Shown: positions 27,738 to 37,692 of the stretch, piece by piece | Position numbering within the stretch: the first letter of the stretch is position 1 | Layout: every line of letters starts with the position of its first letter | Source: an uncultured Gammaproteobacteria bacterium | GTDB lineage: Bacteria > Patescibacteriota > Microgenomatia > JAMCZE01 | NCBI GenBank assembly: GCA_964641255.1 | Contig: CAZXMM010000001.1 | Coordinates: 15,757-79,756, forward strand | Direction of reading: 5' to 3' | DNA: 64,000 bases | Position numbers and translations under genes: made by a program | Notes under the pieces: model-generated | What the model saw: only the letters and a program-made list of their open reading frames with translations | Database searches by the model: none | Told to the model about the DNA's origin: nothing

Positions 27738-27749
27738 GGAACAATAATA

Positions 27750-28340
27750 TCACTTCTCCACCCCTTTGGACCGCACAATTCTACCGCTGACTTTTTTTAG
27801 GTGGTAGTGCGCTTTGAGAAGTTGATAAATAAACCACTCGGCCAGCCAGCGAAACCCACTGCTGGTGGGTTTTTTAAGCCCGATAGTAACTTGGTCGTCA
27901 GACAGCGAAGTACCACCTACTGAAAACCCGGTGGCGGCTTGCATTGGAGTGTGAACGGTGACCGTGGGACTGATACCCATTTCCCTAGCCACATCTTCTG
28001 GAAGCGTAATCTCACCCGACTCTACTTTCTCAATCCCCCCCAGCTCCGCCACTTCTTTTTCCAGTTCGATCTCCCGAGCGTACTGTTCCCAGTACTCATC
28101 TCCTTCGGCTTTAGCCACCTTATCTGCTTCAGCATAGTTAGGAGTGCTTTTCCCAATAGCTTGATCGGAAAAGTGTGGTACACCTACTTCTTTACTCGGG
28201 CTAGACACGGGACTAGGAGTTGTCGCGGCATTTGCTGGTGCTATGGGGGGCGGACCCGCCGCAGAATCAACGGCCGGATCAACTGGGGTTGGGGAAGAAG
28301 TGGGATTATTATCACTGGGATTTTGAGCAGGATCAGCCAT
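27750..28340 (-). CDS. hypothetical Pro/Ala-rich protein, operonic with the VirB4-like ATPase
   Basis: 196 aa. N-terminal low-complexity PTSSPTPVDPAVDSAAGPPPIAPANAATTPSP. C-terminal hydrophobic segment. Confidence 0.4.
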   Translation of the reverse strand: MADPAQNPSDNNPTSSPTPVDPAVDSAAGPPPIAPANAATTPSPVSSPSKEVGVPHFSDQAIGKSTPNYAEADKVAKAEGDEYWEQYAREIELEKEVAELGGIEKVESGEITLPEDVAREMGISPTVTVHTPMQAATGFSVGGTSLSDDQVTIGLKKPTSSGFRWLAEWFIYQLLKAHYHLKKVSGRIVRSKGVEK

Positions 28341-28370
28341 ATGCTTTCAGCATAGCATATTCTTTACCCG

Positions 28371-29387
28371 CTAATCCCAGTTTAAATCCCCAGCAGTTTT
28401 ATACTCGGTAACTCTGGTTTCGAAGAAATTCTTTTCTTTGCGCAAATCCACGATTTCACTAATCCACGGGAAAGGATTGTCACTACCATAAACTTTCTCC
28501 AGATTAATGCGCTCTAAACGCCGATCAGCAATGTACTGCATATATTCCCTAATTACCTCAGCATTAAGCCCCAAAATTCCCCGTGGTAGTGAATCTTTAG
28601 CGTACAAGCATTCCAGCTCCACACCTTTTTTGATATTGTCGGTAATAATTTTTTTGAATTCCGGCGTCCAAATGGCGGGATTTTCGGCTACGATTTGATT
28701 GATAAGATCTGAGCCAAAAGCCAAATGAACCGATTCGTCGCGAAGAATATATTGAAACTGCTGGCCTACCCCCACCATCCTATTTTGTCTCATAAAAGAC
28801 AACATCATCGCAAAGCCGGCATAAAAGAAGATTCCCTCCATAATGACATAGTAGCCCACTAAGTCGTGGACAAATCGCTGGATATTTTCCACTCCCTGGG
28901 TAGTGAAATTGGGGTCAAAAATCGATTTGGTCATGTTAACCACAAACTCGTCTTTTTCCCTAATCGAGGGGATAGTCATATACATGTTATAGACCTGGTC
29001 GGGATCAAGACCTAAGGAGTCGCAGGAGTAGATAAAAGTTTCGGTGTGAATGGCTTCCTCATAGCCCTGACGCAGTAGATATTGGCGACACTCGGGATTA
29101 GTTATATGGCGATAGATGGCAAGAACAATATTGTTGGCGGTCAAACTCTCAGCTGTTGAAAAAAAACCCAGATTCCACAGTACCATTCGCCTTTCATCAT
29201 CGGTTAGTGCACCGGAGCCCTGTCTCTTCCACAGTTCAATATCATCCTGCATGGGAATTTCTTCCGGCACCCAGTTATTGGCGACACCTTTTTTGTAGTG
29301 CTCTCTGGCCCAAGGATACTTAATTGGCAGTATCTTGTTGGGGTCAGTTTCGGAGTTATTTAAAATTTGTTTAATCGGACTGGACAT
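28371..29387 (-). CDS. nrdB: ribonucleotide reductase class I small subunit (R2)
   Basis: Ferritin-like di-iron ligand motifs EEAIHTETF and RDESVHLAFG. 338 aa. Confidence 0.85.
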   Translation of the reverse strand: MSSPIKQILNNSETDPNKILPIKYPWAREHYKKGVANNWVPEEIPMQDDIELWKRQGSGALTDDERRMVLWNLGFFSTAESLTANNIVLAIYRHITNPECRQYLLRQGYEEAIHTETFIYSCDSLGLDPDQVYNMYMTIPSIREKDEFVVNMTKSIFDPNFTTQGVENIQRFVHDLVGYYVIMEGIFFYAGFAMMLSFMRQNRMVGVGQQFQYILRDESVHLAFGSDLINQIVAENPAIWTPEFKKIITDNIKKGVELECLYAKDSLPRGILGLNAEVIREYMQYIADRRLERINLEKVYGSDNPFPWISEIVDLRKEKNFFETRVTEYKTAGDLNWD

Positions 29388-29392
29388 AGTTA

Positions 29393-29998
29393 TTACTTGC
29401 CTTTATCGAAAAATGTTGCAACTTGGGTTCCTCTTGAGAAACTCTCCCCAAGTATCACTTTTATATCACAACTATAGTTATATTTGGAAGACACCAATCT
29501 TCCCCATAAAGTAAATTCTTCTTCGGTCCATTCAAACTTATGTCCTAGTACTCTAAGTTCCTTTGCTGTCCTCACTCCGCCTACTATCCCCTTTAGGGAT
29601 CGCGGAGTGGTAATGACAATCACCCGAGGATGTAATCGATTAAAAAGCTCTGTTTCTAGGCTCTTCAGGTCTCGTTTGCTAAAATGTTCTATTACTTCGA
29701 TTAGAACGACGGCTTCAATACCAGAGTAATTCTTCAAATCTATAAGTCTGCCCAGAAAAAGAGAGACATTTTTATTTTTCCCAAGATATTTACCTGCCAA
29801 TTTTAATGACTTCTTATCATGGTCAATCCCAATTAGTTTTTTAAATATTTTTTCATTTGATAGTAGCTCTAAAAATTGGCCGTCACCGCAGCCGAAGTCC
29901 AAAACGCTGGTAACTCTTTTTTTCTTTAGAATTTCAAGGACAGTGTTATGCCTCTTGCTATGCGACTTATTTTGCTTATCACTAAAACCAGATCGCAT
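29393..29998 (-). CDS. class I SAM-dependent methyltransferase (possible Hen1-like metal site EVIEH...H)
   Basis: Motif I LDFGCGDGQF. The IEVIEHF...RLHP arrangement resembles the Hen1 metal-binding pattern. This is a tentative call. Confidence 0.65.
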   Translation of the reverse strand: MRSGFSDKQNKSHSKRHNTVLEILKKKRVTSVLDFGCGDGQFLELLSNEKIFKKLIGIDHDKKSLKLAGKYLGKNKNVSLFLGRLIDLKNYSGIEAVVLIEVIEHFSKRDLKSLETELFNRLHPRVIVITTPRSLKGIVGGVRTAKELRVLGHKFEWTEEEFTLWGRLVSSKYNYSCDIKVILGESFSRGTQVATFFDKGK

Positions 29999-30016
29999 AG
30001 TTGTAAACTCACAATC

Positions 30017-30301
30017 CTACTTAGTCAACTTTTGGAACCTGGTAGTTTTTCTGCCCTGTTGGTCCTCGACTGGGGAAAACCATTCCGATAGGGGCCGGTC
30101 CCAGACAAAATCTGCTGGATAATTATCGTAATCTGGATGGTAAAGCACCCCAGGTTCTTCACTTTCCTCTCTCATTGCAATACCCCTTATGGTGTAGAGT
30201 TGGTCCGGTTGTTTGTAGTGAAACCACCGACTTCCCGGAGGGACCAGGGCTACTGCTTCCTGCCATTTTTTGATAATCTCTTCAGCGCTGGTATGAGCCA
30301 T
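30017..30301 (-). CDS. hypothetical protein (94 aa)
   Basis: ORF lying between nrdA and the MTase. No family recognised. Confidence 0.4.
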   Translation of the reverse strand: MAHTSAEEIIKKWQEAVALVPPGSRWFHYKQPDQLYTIRGIAMREESEEPGVLYHPDYDNYPADFVWDRPLSEWFSPVEDQQGRKTTRFQKLTK

Positions 30302-30322
30302 ACAAATCTAATTTTATGATAA

Positions 30323-33300
30323 TTATTGGCAGGCTTCACACTCGGGATCACTAATAAGACAGGCTTTCCCCAGTTTAATTTCCTCCCCCACTTGAATTTT
30401 TACCGTACCGTCAGCCTTTTGTTCCAGTACTGAAACTGTCTTTTCAGAAACAGCTACCGACTCTAAAGGCGCTACACTGACGGTAGCAAAGTGCCCCTGC
30501 CCAAAATCACTGGTATAGTTTTCCTTGCTAACCGTCTTGACAGTATCATTACTAACCATTATCTCTTCGGCGCTATGACCATTACCCTGTTTTTTGAGAT
30601 CCACGGTATTTTTCTCGATACTGGAGGCGGCTAGGGTTCTAAGGTAATACGTCGTTTTTAGTCCCATCTGCCAGGCGTACATGTAAATATCTGACAGTTC
30701 TTTTCCGGAAGAACTGGCAGAAAAAATATTAAGCGATTGGCTCTGATCCATCCACCTACCCCGGTAAGCAGCCTGCTTAATTGACCACCGCGGATCGATC
30801 TCAAAGGCTTCTTTATACTTTTCCTTAAGCGACTGGGGAATCCCCACAATCTTCTGGATACTACCGTCGTGGGCCTTAATTTCCTCAACTAGTTCTGCGG
30901 ACCAGAGACCTAAAGACTTCAGGTCATCTTTAAGAAAATGGTTGTCAACGGTAAACTCCCCGCTCATGTTGGATTTTACATAAAGATTTTTATAAATTGG
31001 CTCGATTCCGGGGAAACACCCGGAAATGTTAGAAATCGTCGCCGTAGGGGCAATCGCCATGGTATTTGAGTTACGCATGCCGTTAACCCTGACCGCCTCT
31101 CTCACTACCGACCAATCCAAGCGTTCATCACGGGGCACATCAATTTTCATTCCCCGCTCTTCCTCAAGAAGAGCTAGAGTGTCTTGGGGGAAGATTCCCC
31201 TGTCCCACTTGGATCCTTTATAGCTTTCGTAGGTTCCACGTTCGGCAGCTAGATTAGAGGAGCCCAGAATGGCATAGTACGCCACCGCCTCCATACTCTC
31301 GTCAGCAAACTTCACCGCAGCCTCTGAAGCGAAAGGGATATTGAGCATAAAGAGTGCGTCCTGAAAGCCCATGATCCCTAGACCTACTGGACGGTGCTTA
31401 AAATTAGAATGCCGCGCCTCCTCGGTCGGGTAGAAATTAATGTCAATGACGTTATCCAGCATCCGCATGGCAATTAGGACAGTTTCCTTAAGCATTTCCA
31501 AATCTAGCTTGCCGTTAACAATGTGTTTGGTTAAGTTCACCGACCCCAAATTACACACCGCCGTCTCACTCGGAGAGGTGTTTAGAGTAATTTCGGTACA
31601 TAAATTAGAACTATGAATTACCCCAACGTGGTCTTGGGGAGAGCGAATATTGCAAGGGTCCTTCCAAGTAATCCAAGGGTGGCCTGTCTCAAACAGACGA
31701 GTAATCATTTTTTTCCACAGGTCCCTCGCTTTAATGGTCTTGAAAAGCTTTATTTCCCCCTGTTTGGCCTTGTCCTCATAGGCAGTATAAGCCTGTTCAA
31801 ACTTTTGGCCATAAATTTCGTGAAGGTCGGGTGTTTCATCGGGAGAAAAGAGAGTCCAGTCTTGATCGGCAGCGACTCTTTTCATAAATAGATCAGGAAT
31901 CCAGTTAGAGGTATTCATGTCATGAGTCCGGCGCCGCTCATCTCCAGTGTTGCGCCGCAGATCGAGGAAATCCTCGATATCCAGATGCCAAGTTTCTAAG
32001 TAAGCGCAGGTGGCTCCGTGACGCTTACCACTGCGGTTAATAGCTACTGTTGTGTCATTGGCGATCCTAAGGAACGGGATTACTCCTTGGCTGGCGACAC
32101 CGGTTTTCTTAATTAGCGCCCCGGTCGCCCGCAAACTACTCCAGTCGTTTCCCAGCCCTCCCGACCACTTAGACAGCTGGGCGTTGTCACTTAGGCACTT
32201 AAAAATATGTACCAGGTCGTCACTAATGGTAGTCAAATAACAAGAAGACAACTGGGGATAGGTAGTGGCAGCCTGAAACAGCGTAGGCGTCGAGGACACG
32301 AACTTTAGGGTAGACAGGTTTTTATAAAACTTAATGGCCCATTTTTCTCTATCTTTCTCTTTAAGAGAGAGTCCGATCGCTACCCGCATCCAAAACGCCT
32401 GGGGCGTCTCCAAGCGACGCTCGCCATTAGCTAAAAAATACCGGTCGTAAAGCGTTTGTAAACCTCGGTATGTAAACAGTGAGTCTTTTTCCATATCCAG
32501 ATGCCTTGAGAGCAAATCAAGATCAAATTCCAGGACTTCGGGAGTGACTTTGCCGATTTCTACTGCGAATTTCAAATTATCAACAAAAGCCTGTTGATAA
32601 ACCTTTACTAGTTCTTCCTGACGGTACTTCTTCCCGATGACCTCTTTATAAAGAGTGGTTAGAAACAACCGCACCGTGACCCGATCGTAGATAGAATTTT
32701 TCTCAATAAAAGATTTAGTCGTTAAATAGCCCAGCCGCGCAATCTCTTGTGAAGAGATACCATCATAAATTGAGGCCACCGCTAACCTAACTAAACTGGT
32801 TAAATCAACAGTGTCTTCAAAACCCTCTACAGCACTTCTCATAAAAGCTTCGAGTTTTTTTTCTTGAAAAGCTTCTTTAGAACCGTCTCGTTTGACTACC
32901 AAAAACGGAGCGGTTTCTACCTTGGCGGAAATACCAGCGGAAGCGGCCAGATCACGCATTTCCGCCCGCTGTTGCCGATAAAGAATGTAGCGCTTAGCGG
33001 CTTCAAATTCCCCCGCTGCCTGAAGTACCATTTCCACCGTGTCTTGAACATTCTCCACGGTCGGGGCCGGATATTTGGCTGCCACAATATTCACTACTTG
33101 AGTAGCTAGTAAAGCCACGGTCACCTCGGGTACTCGACCAAAAGAGTCAAAGCATTTTTGTATGGCGTTTTCAATTCTCGACCGATCAAAAGGCACCGTT
33201 TGACCAGTTCTTTTAATAATCGTCTTAGGCATCACAATACCCGCCTCGGTGATGTATTCCTGGACTTGTAAAATTGGGGTAGCCGCAGCAATTACTTCTT

Positions 33301-33457
33301 CGGTGTGAGAATGACCGTTGGTATTTTTAGCGTCAGCAGTAGCTGTCATAGTGGCTTGAGTATTATTAAATAACTTGGCACCTTTATAAGGTCTACCTGG
33401 TCGAATAATTCTCGGTATCGGTTCGGTTATTGGTGTGGTCGGGTTTGCCTGGGCCAT
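30323..33457 (-). CDS. nrdA: ribonucleotide reductase class I large subunit with ATP-cone and N/C-terminal extensions
   Basis: ATP cone (KRTGQTVPFDRSRIENAI), catalytic NLCTEI, C-terminal CEAC pair. 1044 aa from the ATG at 33457; the track ORF starts at a TTG at 33466. Confidence 0.85.
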   Translation of the reverse strand: MAQANPTTPITEPIPRIIRPGRPYKGAKLFNNTQATMTATADAKNTNGHSHTEEVIAAATPILQVQEYITEAGIVMPKTIIKRTGQTVPFDRSRIENAIQKCFDSFGRVPEVTVALLATQVVNIVAAKYPAPTVENVQDTVEMVLQAAGEFEAAKRYILYRQQRAEMRDLAASAGISAKVETAPFLVVKRDGSKEAFQEKKLEAFMRSAVEGFEDTVDLTSLVRLAVASIYDGISSQEIARLGYLTTKSFIEKNSIYDRVTVRLFLTTLYKEVIGKKYRQEELVKVYQQAFVDNLKFAVEIGKVTPEVLEFDLDLLSRHLDMEKDSLFTYRGLQTLYDRYFLANGERRLETPQAFWMRVAIGLSLKEKDREKWAIKFYKNLSTLKFVSSTPTLFQAATTYPQLSSCYLTTISDDLVHIFKCLSDNAQLSKWSGGLGNDWSSLRATGALIKKTGVASQGVIPFLRIANDTTVAINRSGKRHGATCAYLETWHLDIEDFLDLRRNTGDERRRTHDMNTSNWIPDLFMKRVAADQDWTLFSPDETPDLHEIYGQKFEQAYTAYEDKAKQGEIKLFKTIKARDLWKKMITRLFETGHPWITWKDPCNIRSPQDHVGVIHSSNLCTEITLNTSPSETAVCNLGSVNLTKHIVNGKLDLEMLKETVLIAMRMLDNVIDINFYPTEEARHSNFKHRPVGLGIMGFQDALFMLNIPFASEAAVKFADESMEAVAYYAILGSSNLAAERGTYESYKGSKWDRGIFPQDTLALLEEERGMKIDVPRDERLDWSVVREAVRVNGMRNSNTMAIAPTATISNISGCFPGIEPIYKNLYVKSNMSGEFTVDNHFLKDDLKSLGLWSAELVEEIKAHDGSIQKIVGIPQSLKEKYKEAFEIDPRWSIKQAAYRGRWMDQSQSLNIFSASSSGKELSDIYMYAWQMGLKTTYYLRTLAASSIEKNTVDLKKQGNGHSAEEIMVSNDTVKTVSKENYTSDFGQGHFATVSVAPLESVAVSEKTVSVLEQKADGTVKIQVGEEIKLGKACLISDPECEACQ

Positions 33458-33458
33458 A

Positions 33459-33899
33459 TTAAGCAAGCTTATCGATTAATTTTTCAAAATCTTCTAGACT
33501 TTCAAAATCTAAATAAACACTGGCAAATCTGATATATGCGACTTTGTCAATTTTCTTTAGCCTCTTAAGTACTGCGTTACCAATTGTTTTACTACTAATC
33601 TCGGTGGAATTTTTGTTTCTTAACTCTTGTTCGATTTCCTCCACAATAGTGTCGATAAGCTCAGTGGCAATAGCCCGTTTTTGTGTAGCCTGGACAATGC
33701 CTCGCCTAAGTTTCTCCCGGTCAAATTTCTCCCGTCGATTATCCTTTTTAATCACCGCCAGTTCGACACTTTCTACCCGCTCATAAGTTGTAAATCTCTT
33801 CTCACAGCTACGACATTCTCGGCGCCGCCTGGTAGAACCCTCGCCATCCCGCGTTTCCATTACGTCAGTTTCTTCGCTACCGCAATAAGGACACTTCAC
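33459..33899 (-). CDS. nrdR: transcriptional repressor NrdR
   Basis: GTG start. Zinc ribbon CPYCG...CRSC plus ATP cone. Confidence 0.85.
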   Translation of the reverse strand: MKCPYCGSEETDVMETRDGEGSTRRRRECRSCEKRFTTYERVESVELAVIKKDNRREKFDREKLRRGIVQATQKRAIATELIDTIVEEIEQELRNKNSTEISSKTIGNAVLKRLKKIDKVAYIRFASVYLDFESLEDFEKLIDKLA

Positions 33900-33957
33900 A
33901 AAGTTAAAAGTTTATAAAGTTAAAAGTTATAAAGCACTTTATGACTTTATAAACCCG
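33900..33957. promoter_or_regulatory. AT-rich tandem and inverted repeat cluster directly upstream of nrdR (candidate operator)
   Basis: AAAGTTAAAAGTTTAT x about 2.2 tandem copies, plus an imperfect palindrome (about 20-bp arms) centred on ATAAAG-CA-CTTTAT. Confidence 0.4.
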
Positions 33958-34116
33958 CTAACTTTAGAAACTTGAGTTAACACTACATCTAGTGACGCCT
34001 TTCACGATAAGCCACTAAATAAGGGGTGTCAACTAACAATAACTATGGCAAAGGGGGTCAATTCTTTAATTCGAAGCTAGGCTAATTTTTGGGCCAATAA
34101 TTTTATGACTATAACC

Positions 34117-34701
34117 CTAATTTAACTTGGTCATAAGCAGTTTTCTTACTCGATCGTAGCTTTTTGCATTATCTTGACGAGCTGTTATCAAAGACTTTTC
34201 TCTTCCCTCAGCTTGACCCAAAATCTCTTTATGCTTAGCCGTAGCCACTGTTAGCTTAGCCACGGCATCACTTGCACTTTTACCTGATAAGGTCTCTACT
34301 CCATCAACCGCCGCCGCTAAATGTTCTTCTGCTGTGAGATAGGTTTGGGCTGCCAAAGCAAGATTACGATTTAATTCTAGCTCTCTAGCGGCAGCTAATC
34401 TTTTGTCAGCCAAAAAGAGTAAGTAAAACACCCGATCGGTGGGGTGTTGGATCAACAGGAGCGCTAGTTTGTCACGGGCTACTTTTAGAAAATAAAGCGG
34501 ACTATCGGGCAGTATCCCGGGGTAAGGCAAATTATAATCAAGTGGTTGTGGAGATAGTGTCACTAGTACAGGCGCGGGGGGTACTACGAGTGTTGGTTCT
34601 ACTGCCCCAGTAGGAAGCAGGGTCGCCCCAGCAATAACGATAAAGAAGACTAAAGATAAGCCCATCTTGCGCAGAGAGAAAAATCCTCCTGGTTTCATCA
34701 T
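34117..34701 (-). CDS. hypothetical secreted protein (signal peptide, Ala/Leu-rich helical domain)
   Basis: N-terminal signal/TM helix. No family confidently recognised. Confidence 0.45.
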   Translation of the reverse strand: MMKPGGFFSLRKMGLSLVFFIVIAGATLLPTGAVEPTLVVPPAPVLVTLSPQPLDYNLPYPGILPDSPLYFLKVARDKLALLLIQHPTDRVFYLLFLADKRLAAARELELNRNLALAAQTYLTAEEHLAAAVDGVETLSGKSASDAVAKLTVATAKHKEILGQAEGREKSLITARQDNAKSYDRVRKLLMTKLN

Positions 34702-34782
34702 TTTATTATTGTAACACCTAACACCCCCCTAGACTTTTTGACCAGATATGTTTATATTATTTTCTAGAAAGGGTTTGTTTTT

Positions 34783-34944
34783 ATGCCAATTCTCGATGCC
34801 ATTCCCGTCAACTGGTTTATTGTTGGCACTTCAATCCTCGCCGGAGTGATCCTCTTTTTAATCCTCTGGCAGATTCCTGATGAGGAAGAAACTCCTGAGG
34901 AAAGTGGCGTGGAAAAAGAAGTCCCAAAGAAAAAGAAGAAATGA
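34783..34944 (+). CDS. small 53-aa single-TM peptide with acidic/lysine-rich tail, not in the supplied track
   Basis: MPILDAIPVNWFIVGTSILAGVILFLILWQIPDEEETPEESGVEKEVPKKKKK. Its TGA stop overlaps the ATG of the next ORF (ATGATGG). Confidence 0.3.
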   Translation: MPILDAIPVNWFIVGTSILAGVILFLILWQIPDEEETPEESGVEKEVPKKKKK

Positions 34945-36407
34945 TGGCATCGGCTGCTTCTGGTGAGTTGTTTAGGCCTGATTTCGGGGAAAACCTGGTT
35001 CCCCGTCCCGAGCTAGCGGAAATTACCTTCGTTAACTCAGATTTCCAACTCCCCATTGAGGGTTGGCCCGAACACGGTTATAGGAAAGACTCGTCAACTC
35101 CTCCTCTACCCCCACCACAACAGATCGCTCTCTTAAGGCGTTTTTTTGTGGAAATTTCCCACGAGTCACAGGTAGAAAACACACGACCAGCATATGTCCT
35201 ATCGGGGATGAATCGCGCCGCAATGTTTCCGGGACTTTTTGAATTTAGAAATAGTAGGGGTGGGGTGTTTTTTTCAGTCAACATCAAACCCGTTGGTATC
35301 ACTCAGGCTTTTTGGGAACAAGTACTGCGAACATTTACAGACCTAGAGTCACAAGAATTGCTTAGAACAGTGCAAGACACTCACCCAAAATATTTCATCG
35401 CAGAACAACCCGATCTTGACGAAATTCGCGGTTCAGCAAAATACGATTCTCTTCAAGCTGATGTAGATAATTCTTTACGCTTGAACCGGGGGGGAGCTAG
35501 AGTCACCTTACCACTAGTGCTCATTAGAGCAGCTGTCCCCGAGGAGATACGGGCCAAATTTCCAGACTTGCAAGATAACCAACAGTTTGGATCAGAAGCT
35601 AGGGCACAACGCAATCCCCACAGCATATTGGATCTTTACATTGCAACCTTTGGCTCTCCAGAGGCAACACTCAGCTATGGTGCGGGCAAAGACCCAGACA
35701 AGGCAGATAGAATGATTGCTTTAGCTAAGGTACTTCTTAATAGAGAAGGGATTAAACCTCAGCCTATTGAGAGTGACGCAGACTATTTAAAAACCTTTAT
35801 GGAGGTCTTTGGAAAAGATGTTGTTGGCAGTTTTATCAAGCAACGATATATTTTCCGAAGCTTGGGAGCTAGAGGGGGGTTTGATAGTGGTCACAATGTG
35901 ACATTGGGCATTGAAGCTAAGGACCACGATACGGGACATTTTATTAAGGGAAAAATTAGTGAACGCGATTGGCAAAATTTGATTAATAGTTACTTCATGG
36001 GCATAACCAATTGTGCCATGCTTTATTACGCCGTAAGAGAACATCGGGACGGTTCACTACTGGATCATCCCCGTGACCATGTAGAAGATTTGTTTACTCT
36101 TTACAACTATAATGTCTTAAGCCAGCTTTCGATTGGGGATAGACTGGAGTTTCACAAGAGAATAACTGAACTTATTAACCATTCCTCCACCAAAAATTCT
36201 TCATTAGTCTTGAATATGGGTGGTGAACAACAAGCTCACAACTTGAATGATTTTTTTATCAAGATGCTCAATCGAGGTGGTAGTTCTGAGTGGCGAGGAG
36301 CATTCACCCGCTTTTGGGGGGGTAGCAACAAATTTGACGCTGCTTTTCTAGATAAATTGCCCAGGGTACTTAGTAGTCTTGAAGCGCTACGTCAGTTTAG
36401 AATGTAA
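34941..36407 (+). CDS. hypothetical protein (488 aa), orphan
   Basis: Long ORF translationally coupled to the 53-aa peptide. No family recognised. Confidence 0.5.
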   Translation: MMASAASGELFRPDFGENLVPRPELAEITFVNSDFQLPIEGWPEHGYRKDSSTPPLPPPQQIALLRRFFVEISHESQVENTRPAYVLSGMNRAAMFPGLFEFRNSRGGVFFSVNIKPVGITQAFWEQVLRTFTDLESQELLRTVQDTHPKYFIAEQPDLDEIRGSAKYDSLQADVDNSLRLNRGGARVTLPLVLIRAAVPEEIRAKFPDLQDNQQFGSEARAQRNPHSILDLYIATFGSPEATLSYGAGKDPDKADRMIALAKVLLNREGIKPQPIESDADYLKTFMEVFGKDVVGSFIKQRYIFRSLGARGGFDSGHNVTLGIEAKDHDTGHFIKGKISERDWQNLINSYFMGITNCAMLYYAVREHRDGSLLDHPRDHVEDLFTLYNYNVLSQLSIGDRLEFHKRITELINHSSTKNSSLVLNMGGEQQAHNLNDFFIKMLNRGGSSEWRGAFTRFWGGSNKFDAAFLDKLPRVLSSLEALRQFRM

Positions 36408-36572
36408 ATTCAACAGCAATTTGTTTTGTTCTACAAAACTCAACACAGTAACGGGCACTTTACCGGAGCGTTTGTTGAAAGTTTTTCAGTCTGTGGCAAA
36501 AAATCCAAATCTAAAATAGGCAAAATGGCCTTTCACCAGCCAGTGACAGGGTTTGTAAAGAGCGGCACTTGG

Positions 36573-37673
36573 CTACTTGTCACCAACTAAAACTACCTCT
36601 TCAACTAACCGGTTGGCATAGCCCCACTCATTGTCGTACCAGGCAAAGACCTTCACTAAATCTCCTTTATCACTATTAGGGGTGCTGCCTACCACTTGAG
36701 TAAGGGAGAGATCCACAATGGCCGAGTGGGGATTACCAACAATATCCGAAGACACGATCGGGTCAGTGGTTACTTCCAAGATATGAGAATAACGATCACT
36801 TAAGGCCGCTTCTCTCATCGCTGCATTAACTTCTTCAACACTGACTTCCTTTTTAAGATGAAACGTAAAATCAGAGAGTGAGCCCACAACTACCGGAACT
36901 CGAACTGCCACTCCCGTAAACAGACCCTTAAGTTCCGGCACTGCTTCAGTAGCGGCAATGGCTGCCCCAGTAGAGGTAGGAACAATATTCATGGCGGCCG
37001 CTCTGGCTCGACGATAATCTTTATGACCACCGTCCTGGAGTTCCTGATCGGAAGTATAGGCGTGCATTGTGGTCATCATCGCTTTATTAACCCCGAACTT
37101 AGCCACCATTATCTGAGCAACTGGGGAAATACAATTAGTGGTACAGGAAGCGTTTGATAGCACCCGGTCAGTCGGAGCCACACTGGCGCCGGAAAACGTG
37201 GTAGCCTGCTCCTGTAAATTGACGTCCAAAACGTAAGTTTTAATGGTACTATCCTTAGCTGGTGCTGACAAAATCACTTTTTTAGCTCCAGCCGTTAAGT
37301 GGGGCGTGATTTTTTCCAGCGTAGTAAATTTCCCAGTCGATTCGATGACAACATCGACCTCGTGAGCTTTCCAGGGCAGCAGTGAGGGGTCTTTTTCACT
37401 ATAAAACTGTATCTTTTTACCGTCAACGATTAAGTTACCAACTAATTTGGGTACCTGATTTTCTCCACCGACCGCTTCTTCTGATGACACCTCATGCCCG
37501 ACTAACGACCCGTAAGCCGTGTCGTACTTGAGTAAAAATTCCCAGCCTTTGATGTTTGTCGAACTGCCGCCATTAATAGCCACTAGTTCAATTTGGTCGG
37601 CAAAGCGAGCAAGCATCACCCGGTGAGCCACTCTACCAATCCGCCCGTAACCATTGATGGCAACTTTAATCAT
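36573..37673 (-). CDS. gap: glyceraldehyde-3-phosphate dehydrogenase
   Basis: NAD-binding INGYGRIGR and catalytic SCTTNC. Confidence 0.9.
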   Translation of the reverse strand: MIKVAINGYGRIGRVAHRVMLARFADQIELVAINGGSSTNIKGWEFLLKYDTAYGSLVGHEVSSEEAVGGENQVPKLVGNLIVDGKKIQFYSEKDPSLLPWKAHEVDVVIESTGKFTTLEKITPHLTAGAKKVILSAPAKDSTIKTYVLDVNLQEQATTFSGASVAPTDRVLSNASCTTNCISPVAQIMVAKFGVNKAMMTTMHAYTSDQELQDGGHKDYRRARAAAMNIVPTSTGAAIAATEAVPELKGLFTGVAVRVPVVVGSLSDFTFHLKKEVSVEEVNAAMREAALSDRYSHILEVTTDPIVSSDIVGNPHSAIVDLSLTQVVGSTPNSDKGDLVKVFAWYDNEWGYANRLVEEVVLVGDK

Positions 37674-37692
37674 AGTTAAATTTCTAATGAGC

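Noticed and set aside
28338-28366. Hairpin ATATGCT...AGCATAT after nrdB as a terminator
   Set aside because: No U-run on either strand. More likely a coincidental inverted repeat around the start codon of the downstream gene.
30323-33457. Intein or homing endonuclease inside the oversized nrdA
   Set aside because: No Cys/Ser-initiated insert or HN(F) splice junction around the catalytic NLCTEI region. The extra length is terminal extensions.
33900-33957. Canonical NrdR boxes
   Set aside because: The repeats do not match acaCwAtATaTwGtgt. Retained only as a generic operator candidate.
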